Assembly: GCA_044344255.1 (NCBI GenBank)
Contig: JBIJDH010000037.1
Span: 1 to 54,283 of the forward strand
DNA from: Myxococcota bacterium
GTDB lineage: Bacteria; Myxococcota_A; UBA796; UBA2385
Length of the DNA stretch: 54,283 nt
Direction: 5' to 3'
Below the pieces are notes generated by a model. That model was not told the DNA's origin, ran no database searches, and was given only the letters and a program-made list of their open reading frames with translations. The position numbers and the translations under genes are program-made. Of this stretch, positions 1 to 12,090 are shown in pieces; positions within the stretch are counted from its first letter, which is position 1, and the number at the start of each line of letters is the position of its first letter.

Positions 1-1
1 A

Positions 2-304
2 GTATGAAGCCAAGCCTTCCTCGCCGAACACTCTCGCGAGGAGATCGGCCCACCCGGCTCTCTCGGTCCCGGGCTTTGGCGGCGCGCTCTTCCGGAGCTT
101 CCGGGCGCTCCGAGCAAGAGCGGCCTCTTGGGATTCGGGCCGGGGTGGTGGGACGACCTCGGGCCGCCACGCGGCGTGGGCGGCGAGCACACCCCGGAAG
201 GTGATCTGGTTCACCCGCGGCGGCGGCACGATCGCGGCCAGCCGCTCAACCAGCTCCATCGGTGAAAAGAGCATCGCACGGGTCCCGTCACTCCAGGTGC
301 GCTG
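2..304 (-). mobile_element. IS91/ISCR-family (Y2 rolling-circle) transposase, C-terminal fragment with no start codon
   Basis: Not in the ORF track. Minus-strand translation gives QRTWSDGTRAMLFSPMELVERLAAIVPPPRVNQITFRGVLAAHAAWRPEVVP...WADLLARVFGEEGL, matching IS91 C-terminal motifs (W.DGT...F.P.E...RLA..VP.PR....R..GVLA; WA.LL.RVF). In-frame TGA just upstream (308-310); frame runs off the window edge. Confidence 0.8.
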
Positions 305-395
305 CCTTCACCCCCTGGTCACCGCCGCAGGCCGCGAGGAGGCCGAGCAGGGCGCTGAGCAGCGGGAGGGCGGACCGGGCGACACGGGAAGGCAT
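288..395 (-). pseudogene. 5' stub of a lipoprotein gene truncated at the IS91 fragment junction
   Basis: GGAG RBS, then MPSRVARSALPLLSALLGLLAAC-GGDQGVKA (lipobox LAAC). The frame enters transposase-derived DNA at ~304 and stops after 35 aa. Confidence 0.6.
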
Positions 396-413
396 CAGGG
401 GCTCCGGGGCCGT

Positions 414-1292
414 TCAGGGGTGGCTGGCGACGGGCAGGTCGCCACAGCGCGGATGCACGTCTACGAGCGAGCCCTCCTGCGCCTCACCTGCGAGGCCTGT
501 CCAGGAGAAGATGCTGCGCTCCAATTCGCAATTGCCACGCCGATCACAGCGACGCTCCACCCTGTAGTCCAGGGACAGGGCCCCGACCCCACGCGCGCGG
601 AGCGGCAGGAGCTCAGAGGGAGCCGAACGTTTGTCCACATTGGCGTCCGACCAGAGCTGCAAGCGGGGCCAGGCGGGATCGGCGGGGTCAATTCGACCGT
701 CCCGGTTGTCGTCAAGCGCGGAGAGGGCCTCAAAGCCGTTGTGGGCCCGGCCGGCGCCGAGGCGAGTCTCGCTCCCGAAGAGCTCCTCTCCGCTGGAAAT
801 CTGCTGGTCTCCATCACGGTCCAGGACGAGCCAGGGGGTCTCGGCGACCGGCCAGTCGGTCTGCTCACAGTCCTCGCCGATTCGGAATGAGGCGGCGGCG
901 GCCTGCATCCGCACCGGCGCGCGGCTGAACTGCAGGAGCAGCGGTGTGTCCCCGCCCGTGTCCGGGGCCTGCCAGTAGGTGCCATCCTCGTCTGCCTCGC
1001 AGACGCTGCCGCCTCCGCCCTGATTCCCGGGCCAGCACTCCCATTCTCCACACTCGCTCCAGATCTTCGCCCGCCCCCCTTCTTCCCAGTCCGTATAGCA
1101 GTATTGAAAGTCCTCGGTGACCTCCCCATCCAGCATGCAGGCATCCGCCTCAATCATCCCCTCGCAGTCCGAGCCCGGCTCATGGGTAGGCTCGGGCTCG
1201 GATGGGTCCTCCTTCCCCTCTTCGCAACCGGCGACGCAGAGGCCGCTGGCCAGCAGCCATCGACTGAGGGAGGGGAGGTCGCGGGGGTTCAT
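414..1292 (-). CDS. Probable lipoprotein with a C-terminal calcium-binding (DxDxDG, RTX-associated type) domain
   Basis: Signal ending VAGC; Cys-rich middle; DTPLLL..F, WLVLDRDGDQQISSGEELFG, NGFEALSALDDNRDGRID, LQLWSDAN motifs. Start set at ATG 1292. Confidence 0.75.
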   Translation of the reverse strand: MNPRDLPSLSRWLLASGLCVAGCEEGKEDPSEPEPTHEPGSDCEGMIEADACMLDGEVTEDFQYCYTDWEEGGRAKIWSECGEWECWPGNQGGGGSVCEADEDGTYWQAPDTGGDTPLLLQFSRAPVRMQAAAASFRIGEDCEQTDWPVAETPWLVLDRDGDQQISSGEELFGSETRLGAGRAHNGFEALSALDDNRDGRIDPADPAWPRLQLWSDANVDKRSAPSELLPLRARGVGALSLDYRVERRCDRRGNCELERSIFSWTGLAGEAQEGSLVDVHPRCGDLPVASHP

Positions 1293-1466
1293 CACGGAGG
1301 GCTCCCGGTACCCGGGTGGTTGTCCTAGCATTCTGCCCCTGGAATGTAGCCGCGGTCAATGGCGAGGGCGCTGGCCCCCCGGGCATCACAAAGGCGGGTC
1401 GCCGGACCTGGCAGTCCTCCGCACCGACCGATCCAGGAGCCCCCCGAGCGTCGTATCCTCCCCGCC

Positions 1467-2444
1467 ATGGCCGACAACGAGCTCGCATCTGTCCCCCTCT
1501 TCGCGGGCCTGTCGCCCGAGGCCCTCGCGGCTGTGCGGGGGCGCATGACCACCCGTCCCTACGCGCCAGGGGAGGCCCTCTGCATGGAGGGTGAGCCCGG
1601 CACCACCCTGCTCGTCCTTGAGCGGGGCCTCGCGGTGGTCCACATCGGGGAGGGGAAGGAGGTGGTGACCCGCCTGCGGCGGGGGGATGTGCTCGGCGAG
1701 ATGTCCCTCCTGAGCGGCGAGCCCCGGTCGGCCACGGTGCGGGCGGTGGTCCCGACCATCGCGCATGAGCTCCAGCGTGACGACTTCCGGGCCCTGCTCG
1801 CCCGCTGGCCGGTGCTCTACGACAACCTCATCGGGCTGCTACGGGAGCGGCTGAAACGCGCCAATCACAAGGCCCACCGCGCGCGCACCCACTCCGCCGC
1901 CCCGGTCTTCACCCCCGAGACGGCATCCGAGGCTGCGGAGGTCGTCGCCTCCGCCCGTTCCAGTCACGCTCGCTCGCTCTTCATCGGGGACCGCAGCCGC
2001 GGCGCCTCGGTGGTGAGCCTCCTCGACGCATCGGAGTCCTCCGACGTCCTGGCCCTGCTCCACACCGATGACCCTGCCCTGGACGGTCTCCTCGATCAGG
2101 TCGACCGCGCGGTCCTCCTTGCCTCGCCCGGGTTGGAGGGGGCCCTGCGGAGCCGCCTCGGGGAGCGCGCCACCCGACTCCATAGCCTGCGGGAGACCGG
2201 CTCTCCCTCCAAGACCGGCCGTTACCTCGCCCGCACCCGTCTCGGGCTCGCGCTCGGGGCTGGCGGGGCCCGTGGATATGCCCACGTGGGCGTGCTCCGC
2301 GCCCTCGAAGCCACCAGTTACAGAGCAGACGCGGTCGCGGGCAGCAGCATCGGCGGTGTGGTGGGGGCCTGCGTTGCGATGGGCATGGACGCCGAAGCAG
2401 TCGAAACGACGATGCGGCGGATGTTCACCCCCGACACCGTCCAG
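1467..2444 (+). pseudogene. cNMP-binding domain + patatin-like phospholipase (NTE/RssA-like), 3'-truncated
   Basis: cNMP motif GEMSLLSGEPRSATVRA; patatin GAGGARG and GSSIG present, DGG catalytic Asp motif absent. After MFTPDTVQ the frame becomes non-homologous and reads antisense into atpC. Confidence 0.75.
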
Positions 2445-2483
2445 GCGGATAGGAAAGATGAACGCTCTCGGGCGGCGCCCGAG
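2445..2483 (-). mobile_element. IS91/ISCR oriIS-like terminus with adjacent hairpin (non-autonomous remnant, possibly extending to ~2640)
   Basis: Minus strand GCGTTCATCTTTCCTATCCGC (2465-2445) fits the recalled ISCR oriIS pattern GCGTT-N5-TTCCTAT-NCGC. It is preceded by the palindrome CTCGGGC-GCC-GCCCGAG and ends exactly where patatin homology stops. Confidence 0.6.
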
Positions 2484-2640
2484 CAGGGGCTCCGGGGCGG
2501 CTCTGGGCCCCCCGACTCGCGGCTTTCGGGCTCGGTGGGGCATGAAATCCGAGGTTTTCCCGTCAGGAGTCGACGGACCTTCGTTCCCCCCGCTCGACGG
2601 TGTGGAGCCGTGCGGCGACGGAGAGGAGAGCTCGTCGTCG

Positions 2641-2672
2641 AAACAAAGAAGCCCCGCTCACCCGAGCGGGGC
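2641..2672 (-). terminator. Intrinsic terminator of the atp operon
   Basis: Minus strand GCCCCGCTC-GGGT-GAGCGGGGC hairpin followed by TTCTTTGTTT, ~80 nt downstream of atpC. Confidence 0.8.
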
Positions 2673-2749
2673 CCCTCAGCCGAGGCGAAGACCGGAGACG
2701 AAGAGAGGGCCCGCGCCGAAGCCCGGGCCCCCCTTGTCCACCGGCTGGC

Positions 2750-3145
2750 TCAGGCCTCGATACGGGCCCGGCTGAGCTCGATCTGCTTGTGGGCGTCGAG
2801 CCAGGGGCCAGAGTCGGGCTCGGTGTCGAGCAGGGTGCGCTCCGCCAACTCGAGCACCTTCTGGGCGGCGGCCTTGTCGATGTCCTCGGCCACCTCACAG
2901 GAGTCGACCAGGAGGGTGACCCGGTCGGGGCCGACCTCGGCGAAGCCCGGGCCGACCACGAGGCGCTTCTTGTCGCCGCCCTCGAGGTGCAGGGTCACCA
3001 CGCCCGCGCGGGTCACGGCCAGCATGGGGGCGTGCTCCGGGAGGGCGCCGAACTCGCCCAGGATCCCCGGCGCCTGAACCTCTCCCGCCGAGCCCTGCCA
3101 GGCGACGGCGATCGGGGTGACGATCTCCACGGCGAGGGCGGCCAT
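2750..3145 (-). CDS. atpC: ATP synthase F1 epsilon subunit
   Basis: VEIVTP, PGILGEFGALPEHAP, GFAEV motifs; follows atpD. Confidence 0.97.
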   Translation of the reverse strand: MAALAVEIVTPIAVAWQGSAGEVQAPGILGEFGALPEHAPMLAVTRAGVVTLHLEGGDKKRLVVGPGFAEVGPDRVTLLVDSCEVAEDIDKAAAQKVLELAERTLLDTEPDSGPWLDAHKQIELSRARIEA

Positions 3146-3148
3146 GGC

Positions 3149-4708
<1,560 letters not shown>

Positions 4709-5581
4709 CTACAGGGCCTGAGCGCCGCTGATGATCTCGATGAGCTCCTTCGTGATCGCGGCCTGACGGGCTCGGTTGTACTCGAGGGTCAGCCGATCGA
4801 TGAGCTCGGAGGCGTTTCGGGTGGAGTTGTCCATCGCCGTCATCCGCGCCGCCTGCTCGCCCGCCTGCGTCTCCAGGAAGGCCTGGAAGAAGCGGGTGCG
4901 AACGGACAAGGGCAACAAGCGGTCGAGGATCTCCTGTCCGGCCGGCTCGTAGAGGTAGCCGGAGCCGCCGGCCCCGGACTCCTCTCCCTCGGCCACCGTC
5001 ACCTTCATCGGCAGGATCTGCTCGAAGGTGGGCCGCTGGGTGAGCACGCTCTTGAACTCGTTGTAGGCCAGATAGACGGTGGAGAAGCTGTTCTTCTCCA
5101 TGTCGGCCACGAGCCGAGTGGTGAGGGAGTCGGCGAAGCCCGCGAAGGCGGCCGGCGCGAGGTCGACGGTCGACTCAGCGATCGTGTAGCCCCGACGCTC
5201 GAAGTAGGCGCGCCCCTTCTTGCCGTAGCAGAAGAAGCTCACCTTCTTGCCCTCGGCGATGAGGGCGTCCACCTTCTCCTGCGTGGCGCGGCAGACGGCG
5301 TTGTTGAAGTTGCCGCACAGGCCGCGATCGGCGGTGAGCAGCACGACGACGACGTCGGTGTCGTTGTCCGGGACGTTGAGCAGGGTGTGCTCGACGTCAC
5401 CGGCCGCCGCGACCACGTTGACCAGCACGCGGGTGAGGGTCTGGGAGTAGGGCTTGGCGGCCTTCGCCGCCTGGGTGGCCCGTGCCAGCTTCGCCGTCGC
5501 GACGAGCTTCATGGCCTTGGTGATCTGGCGCGTGTTCTTGACCGAGGTGATGCGGCCACGAATGTCGCGAAGGGAAGCCAT
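4709..5581 (-). CDS. atpG: ATP synthase F1 gamma subunit
   Basis: QITKAMKLVA, DRGLCG, RMTAM, YNRARQAAITKELIEII. Confidence 0.99.
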   Translation of the reverse strand: MASLRDIRGRITSVKNTRQITKAMKLVATAKLARATQAAKAAKPYSQTLTRVLVNVVAAAGDVEHTLLNVPDNDTDVVVVLLTADRGLCGNFNNAVCRATQEKVDALIAEGKKVSFFCYGKKGRAYFERRGYTIAESTVDLAPAAFAGFADSLTTRLVADMEKNSFSTVYLAYNEFKSVLTQRPTFEQILPMKVTVAEGEESGAGGSGYLYEPAGQEILDRLLPLSVRTRFFQAFLETQAGEQAARMTAMDNSTRNASELIDRLTLEYNRARQAAITKELIEIISGAQAL

Positions 5582-5614
5582 GGGGCTCCTCCGAACGGCG
5601 GTGAAGGGGCGGAG

Positions 5615-7141
<1,527 letters not shown>

Positions 7142-7182
7142 GGGAGACCTCGCCGAATTCGGGGATGGGGTTCGAGGATCGA

Positions 7183-7749
7183 TCAGGCCTCAGCCTGAGA
7201 GGACCCGGAGAGCGTGAGGTAGAGGGAGTCGAGGCGAGCGCGGACGCTGGCGTCGTAGACGGTGTCGCCCACCTGGGCGACGAGGCCGCCGATGAGGCTC
7301 GGATCGATGCTGTACTCGACCACCACCTGCTTGCCGGTGGCCGCGGTCAAGCTGAGCTTCACCTCGGCGGCCATCGCGGCCGAGAGGGGAGAGGCGGTGC
7401 GGACCTGGGCGCGGATCCGCCCGGCGAGCACGTCCGCCATCAACCGGTACTCGACGACGATGTCGTCGAAGCGGTTGAAGCGGCTGCGGTCGAGGAGGAG
7501 GCGGACGAAGTTGAAGACCATCGGGTGGAGGCCGGCCCCCGCGAGGACCGCCTCCATCACCCGGGTGCGCTCGGCGCCGGTGAAGGCCGGGTTCTCGAGC
7601 ACGCGCCGGAGCAGGTTGTCGCCGGTGTTCAGCACGTCTTGGACGGTCTGGAGGCTGTCCTCGATGCGCCCGAGGTCGCCGCCGTCCTGGCCGATGAGGA
7701 TGAGGGCCCGGGCGTACCGTCGGGCGATCGATCCGGAGGCATCAGCCAT
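7183..7749 (-). CDS. atpH: ATP synthase F1 delta subunit
   Basis: [31 protein letters not shown]. Confidence 0.97.
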   Translation of the reverse strand: MADASGSIARRYARALILIGQDGGDLGRIEDSLQTVQDVLNTGDNLLRRVLENPAFTGAERTRVMEAVLAGAGLHPMVFNFVRLLLDRSRFNRFDDIVVEYRLMADVLAGRIRAQVRTASPLSAAMAAEVKLSLTAATGKQVVVEYSIDPSLIGGLVAQVGDTVYDASVRARLDSLYLTLSGSSQAEA

Positions 7750-8383
7750 TGCGCACGTCCTTGCCGGAGGGGCGGTCCGCGTTGGAGGTGGAGGCGCTCG
7801 CGCTGACCGCGGCGAGGAAGTCTTCGGTCAGGCGATCCTGGTCGTCCGCCTGAATCTGCTGGGCCACCTGCACCGCGGCGAGCTCGATCGCGATCTTCGC
7901 CGCCTCTTCACGGAGGCTCTGCCGGGCCCGGAGGGACTCGTCGCGGATGCTCCGCGCCGCCGTGAGGCCGATCTGGCGAGCGTCATCGGCGCCGCGGGAG
8001 AGGATGGCCTCCCGCTCCCGACGGGCCTCCGCCTCGGCCTGCTGGCGCATCCCGGCGAGCTGCTGCTCCATCCCGGCGAGGCGGCCCTCGAGCTCCTTGT
8101 ACTTCTCTTCGGCCTCCTTCCGGGCCTGGTTGGCCTCGTCGACCTCGCGCTTGATCGAGGCCGAGCGGTTCTTGATGGCGTCCACCACCTTGGGCCGCAC
8201 GAAGTACAGCAGGACCCCCACGAGGAGGGCCAGGTTGAACGCGTGGAGGCCGATCGGACCCCAGGGGATCCCATGACCGCCACCTTCGGCCTCAGCGGCG
8301 GCGTGAGCGCCCTCGCTGGCCTGGGCGATCAGGGGGAGCCCGAGGGCGAACAAGGTGGTGAAGCTGGCGTAGACCCGTTTCAT
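7742..8383 (-). CDS. atpF: ATP synthase Fo subunit b
   Basis: Signal-like N-terminus, TM HAFNLALLVGVLLYF, long coiled coil; overlaps the atpH start. Start set at MKRVYAS. Confidence 0.9.
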   Translation of the reverse strand: MKRVYASFTTLFALGLPLIAQASEGAHAAAEAEGGGHGIPWGPIGLHAFNLALLVGVLLYFVRPKVVDAIKNRSASIKREVDEANQARKEAEEKYKELEGRLAGMEQQLAGMRQQAEAEARREREAILSRGADDARQIGLTAARSIRDESLRARQSLREEAAKIAIELAAVQVAQQIQADDQDRLTEDFLAAVSASASTSNADRPSGKDVRNG

Positions 8384-8387
8384 CCCA

Positions 8388-8828
8388 TCACCCCGTGGCC
8401 ACGTTGCGGCCGAGGACCTGACTGGAGATCTGGCTGGCAAGGGCAGAGGCCTGGCCTTGGAGCTGCGACCGCGCGAGGTCTCGCTCGGCGCCGATGCGGG
8501 CGACCGCCGCCGTGACCTCGGCCTCGGCGTCGGTGCGGGCGACCTTGAGGAGGGCCTCGTACTCGGCGAGGGCCTCGGCCCGGCGCTTGGCGAGGAGCTG
8601 GGAGACCTGCGCACGGGCGCCTGCGAGCCGCTGCTCGTAGTCCGCAGTGCGCTCGGTCGCCTGGTTCTGGTACTGGACGGCTTCTCTCCGTCCATCCTCG
8701 ATCGCGCGGGCGCGTTGCTCCAACCAGGCCAACATCGGCTTGAAGATGATCTGGTTCAAGGCCACAAGCGTGACAATGAAGGGGATCACCTGGAGGGCAA
8801 TCACCAGCGGGTTCGGCACGATGTTCAT
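8388..8828 (-). CDS. atpF2: ATP synthase Fo subunit b'
   Basis: TM followed by LNQIIFKPML..LEQR and a coiled coil; first gene of the operon. Start set at MNIVPNP. Confidence 0.9.
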   Translation of the reverse strand: MNIVPNPLVIALQVIPFIVTLVALNQIIFKPMLAWLEQRARAIEDGRREAVQYQNQATERTADYEQRLAGARAQVSQLLAKRRAEALAEYEALLKVARTDAEAEVTAAVARIGAERDLARSQLQGQASALASQISSQVLGRNVATG

Positions 8829-8967
8829 GGCCGGCTCCGAAGTGGGCCGCGCGCCTATCTCGCGACAGGCAGGTCGGCAAAGGTTGTTCGTCGGGGGCGA
8901 AGGGGCGCCCGGTGAGGGCGGCCCGGCTTCGTTGGCTGAAATAGTGGAAAAAGTGGGCGAATATTCT

Positions 8968-9717
8968 TCAGAATTCGAGAGACAGCGTGAGCGCCGCGGA
9001 GGATGTGATGAGCACGGAGGCGCTGATCGCCTCGTCGTCCACGAGCTGCCCCCGGTGGAAGCCCGCCCGCCATACACCGCCGACCGCCAGCCCGCTCGAC
9101 CATTGCAGCTCGCCGCCGACGCCGCCCTGGAAGCCGACCCCCCCGATCCGCGCCCGGTCCTGCTTGCTCACCTCGTCCCAGGCCTCTTGTTCCTCTTTGG
9201 TCCACTGCTCGGAGGCGTTGTCTACCATCGGCACGAGGCCGTAGGCGCCGCCCGTCAGGTAGGGGATCGCCCGGCCCGGCCCCCGATCGTGCAGGTACCA
9301 GCGCATGTCGGCCGAGGGGCGGAGGGCTCCGACGCGGCGCACGCTCCGCTGGTCTCCGCCCTCCGCGGCGGTGATCGTCGTCGTCGTGGAGCGGATGATC
9401 CCGAGGCCGCCGAGCCAAGCGAAACGACGCCCCACGACCCCTCCCGACACGGTGAGGGGCGGGCGGATGAGGCCGTCAGTCTCCGCGGAGAAGGTGCCGG
9501 AGTCCGGGCCGTTGAGGGCCCAGGAGACGTCTCCCCGGCCGAGGGGGACAAGCTCGAAGGCCATGAGGGGGCGCAGCGCGGACCCGGCCTCGGCCACGGC
9601 CGGGAGCAGCGACGCGGCCAGCAGGGCGCAGGCGGAGAGCGCGCGCCGCGCGTGGGCGACGAACCGGGCGGCGCAAGCGATCGGGTGAGGGGGCCGATGT
9701 TCGGGGAGGTGGCGCAT
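8968..9717 (-). CDS. Putative outer-membrane beta-barrel protein
   Basis: Signal peptide ending AVAEA, amphipathic strands (PYLTGGAYG, GFQGGVGGELQW), C-terminal LTLSLEF. TATGCT 7 nt upstream supports ATG 9717. Confidence 0.65.
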   Translation of the reverse strand: MRHLPEHRPPHPIACAARFVAHARRALSACALLAASLLPAVAEAGSALRPLMAFELVPLGRGDVSWALNGPDSGTFSAETDGLIRPPLTVSGGVVGRRFAWLGGLGIIRSTTTTITAAEGGDQRSVRRVGALRPSADMRWYLHDRGPGRAIPYLTGGAYGLVPMVDNASEQWTKEEQEAWDEVSKQDRARIGGVGFQGGVGGELQWSSGLAVGGVWRAGFHRGQLVDDEAISASVLITSSAALTLSLEF

Positions 9718-9796
9718 GGTGGCGAGCATATCGCGGAGGCCCCTACCCCACCGCTCCGCTCGCCCCACCGGGCCGCGGCCGGATTAGGGCTGCACC

Positions 9797-10771
9797 ATGT
9801 ACATCACCGCGATCGAGGTGAGCGGGCTGCGCGACCTCCCGGAGGCGCGCCTCGAGGGGCTGGAGCGCGTCGTTCGTGTGGCCGGCCCGAGCCCGGCAAC
9901 CACCGCCCTCGGAGACGCCCTCGAGCTGCTCTTCGCCGCCTTGTCTCCCGCCGCGTTGCAGGCCCTGCTGGGGCGCTGGGGCCTGCTCGCCCCGGGAGAG
10001 TCCCCCACCCTCACCGGCGCCCCTCACCCCGAAGAGGCCACCTGGTCGGACGGCTTCGCCGGCAGGGCCCTGCTCGTCGAAGGGGCCGACCGCCACATCA
10101 CCGTAGACGTGGAGCTCGTCGCGGACCCTCCCCTCTTCGCCGCGCTGCGCGTCGAGGCGGCTCGAGACCCTGGGGTCGTCGCTGCCCTCGCGCAACGCGG
10201 GCGGATCCGCATCGGCGTGGGTGCCCTCTTCGCCCGGAGCTGGGACGCCCTGGCCGTCTCCGTGCGCTCCTTGTCGGTGGGGGACGTCGAGCTGGCCATC
10301 CGAAGCGGTGAGCGCTCCCCGGCCACCGACCGCCTCCTCCGCGAGCTCGCCGGCCGTTTTTGTCGCCACTCGCGGGGTCGCGCCGCAGCCGCCTTGGCCC
10401 TCTCGGCGGCGACCTCGCGAGACCGCTACCCCGCCTACCAGCGCTGGACGGAGGCGCTCCTCCCCGATGGCCCTCGCCTCCGCGCGGCCCGCGGCCCAGG
10501 CGACGGCCCGATCGTGCTGGGAGACGAACTGCCGCTGCGCCGCTTCGGCGAGGCGGTGGAGGAGCGGGCCAGCCTCGCCGCCTCGATCCATCTGGGCAGC
10601 GCGGACATCGTCTGGACCGAGGCGGACGATCCTTGGGTTGACCGCGCAGCGGAGGGGGAGGACAGCCCCCTCGAACAGGTCTGGCGGGTCTGCGCCGACG
10701 GCGACCGCGGCTTGGTCGGGCATCCCCGCCCGCCCCCGCCGACGCTGCCCCTGTTCCGAGGGCGGGCGTGA
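9797..10771 (+). CDS. Hypothetical protein with a degenerate OLD/SMC-type ABC-ATPase fold
   Basis: MYITAIEVSGLR N-terminus; GPSPATTALGDAL at the Walker A position; ELPLRRFGEA..ADIVWTEADD at the signature/Walker B positions. Confidence 0.6.
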   Translation: MYITAIEVSGLRDLPEARLEGLERVVRVAGPSPATTALGDALELLFAALSPAALQALLGRWGLLAPGESPTLTGAPHPEEATWSDGFAGRALLVEGADRHITVDVELVADPPLFAALRVEAARDPGVVAALAQRGRIRIGVGALFARSWDALAVSVRSLSVGDVELAIRSGERSPATDRLLRELAGRFCRHSRGRAAAALALSAATSRDRYPAYQRWTEALLPDGPRLRAARGPGDGPIVLGDELPLRRFGEAVEERASLAASIHLGSADIVWTEADDPWVDRAAEGEDSPLEQVWRVCADGDRGLVGHPRPPPPTLPLFRGRA

Positions 10772-11232
10772 CCGCGGTCTGCCACCGATGCGGCGGCGAG
10801 AAGCCCGATGGCCTCAGCCCCTGCGAGGCCTGCGGCTTTCATCCGCGGGGGCCGGAGCGGGCCGTCGCTTGGCTCTTCAGCGACGCCCACCTCGACCCCG
10901 AGGAGCTGCGCGAGGCCGGCCTGCGGATCCAGGCCGGCGGGCGCCCCGATCCGAGCCGCGCCCTGCTCCGCGTGGCCGAGCGTGCCCTCGGGCAAGCCTC
11001 GCCCGCTGAGCAGGAGGCCGGGCCGCGGCTGAGCGCGCGGGAGGCCACCCTGCTCCTGATGGGTGACCTCGTGCTCACCCCGTTCATCGGCCTCGCGGTC
11101 TGGTTTGGCCTGCGCGAGCGCCGGCCGCGCGCGGCCCGAGATGCCTTGCTCCTCACGGTGCCCATCGCCGTAATCTCTGCGCTGATCGGCCTCGGCGCCT
11201 GGACTCTCCGCGCCTTCACCTTCACCCCCTAG
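10768..11232 (+). CDS. Zinc-ribbon membrane protein (hypothetical)
   Basis: CHRC..CEAC at the N-terminus, two C-terminal hydrophobic helices; GTGA overlap with the upstream gene. Confidence 0.7.
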   Translation: MTAVCHRCGGEKPDGLSPCEACGFHPRGPERAVAWLFSDAHLDPEELREAGLRIQAGGRPDPSRALLRVAERALGQASPAEQEAGPRLSAREATLLLMGDLVLTPFIGLAVWFGLRERRPRAARDALLLTVPIAVISALIGLGAWTLRAFTFTP

Positions 11233-11241
11233 ACGCCCGCC

Positions 11242-12090
11242 ATGCCCTTTCCGACCGTCATCGCCCGCGCCCTCGCCCGCGCCGGACTGCCCGAAGAAGA
11301 GATGGAGCGCCTCCAGGGCCTCCACTACCACGACGCCGGCCATGGTTACGACTTGTTCGGCATGCACCCGGACTTCGTCGCCTTCGGTGAGCTCTTGGTG
11401 CGGCCGCTCTACCGCAGCTACTTCCGCGTGAAGAGCGTGGGCGCCGAGCACATCCCCTCCACGGGCCCGGCGGTCCTCGCGGCCAACCACTCGGGAAACG
11501 TCCCCATCGACGGGATGATGCTCTGGGCCGACGTGATCGCCAAGACGGTCCCCCCGCGGGTCGCTCGGCCGATCGCGGACCACTTCGTGCCGGCCCTGCC
11601 GTGGATCGGCACCTTCTTCTCCCGGGGCGGGATGGTCGGCGGTTCGCGGGGCAACGCGCGGGCCCTGCTGGAGGCGGGCAACCTGCTGATGATCTTCCCC
11701 GAGGGGGTGCCTGGGATCATCAAGGGCTGGGACAAGCGCTACCAACTCCAGACCTTCCGGGTGGGTCACGCCGAGCTCGCGATTCGCCACGGCGCCCCCA
11801 TCGTGCCGGTCGGCATCATCGGCGCCGAGGAGCAGCTCCCGGAGCTGTTCAGCAGCCGCCGGCTCGGCGGGCTCTTCGGCATCGAGCGGGTCAACGTCCC
11901 TGCGGTCCCCGTGCCGCTGCCCGTCCGCTACCACATCCACTACGGTGAGCCCATCCGGGTTGACCGCGAGCTGTCGCCGTCGGACGCCGACGATCCGGAG
12001 ATCGTGGCGGGGGTCGCTGCGCGGGTGCAAGCGGCGGTCCAGGCGCTGCTCCACAAGGGCCTCAAAGAGCGAAAGGGGATCTTCCGGTGA
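11242..12090 (+). CDS. Lysophospholipid/glycerol acyltransferase (PlsC-like)
   Basis: ANHSGNVPID (HX4D), IFPEG, APIVPVGIIG. Confidence 0.9.
   Translation: MPFPTVIARALARAGLPEEEMERLQGLHYHDAGHGYDLFGMHPDFVAFGELLVRPLYRSYFRVKSVGAEHIPSTGPAVLAANHSGNVPIDGMMLWADVIAKTVPPRVARPIADHFVPALPWIGTFFSRGGMVGGSRGNARALLEAGNLLMIFPEGVPGIIKGWDKRYQLQTFRVGHAELAIRHGAPIVPVGIIGAEEQLPELFSSRRLGGLFGIERVNVPAVPVPLPVRYHIHYGEPIRVDRELSPSDADDPEIVAGVAARVQAAVQALLHKGLKERKGIFR

Noticed and set aside
1359..3077. 572-aa ORF as an intact protein
   Set aside because: After 2444 it reads through an IS-like end, the atp terminator and antisense atpC; only 1467-2444 is homologous coding sequence.
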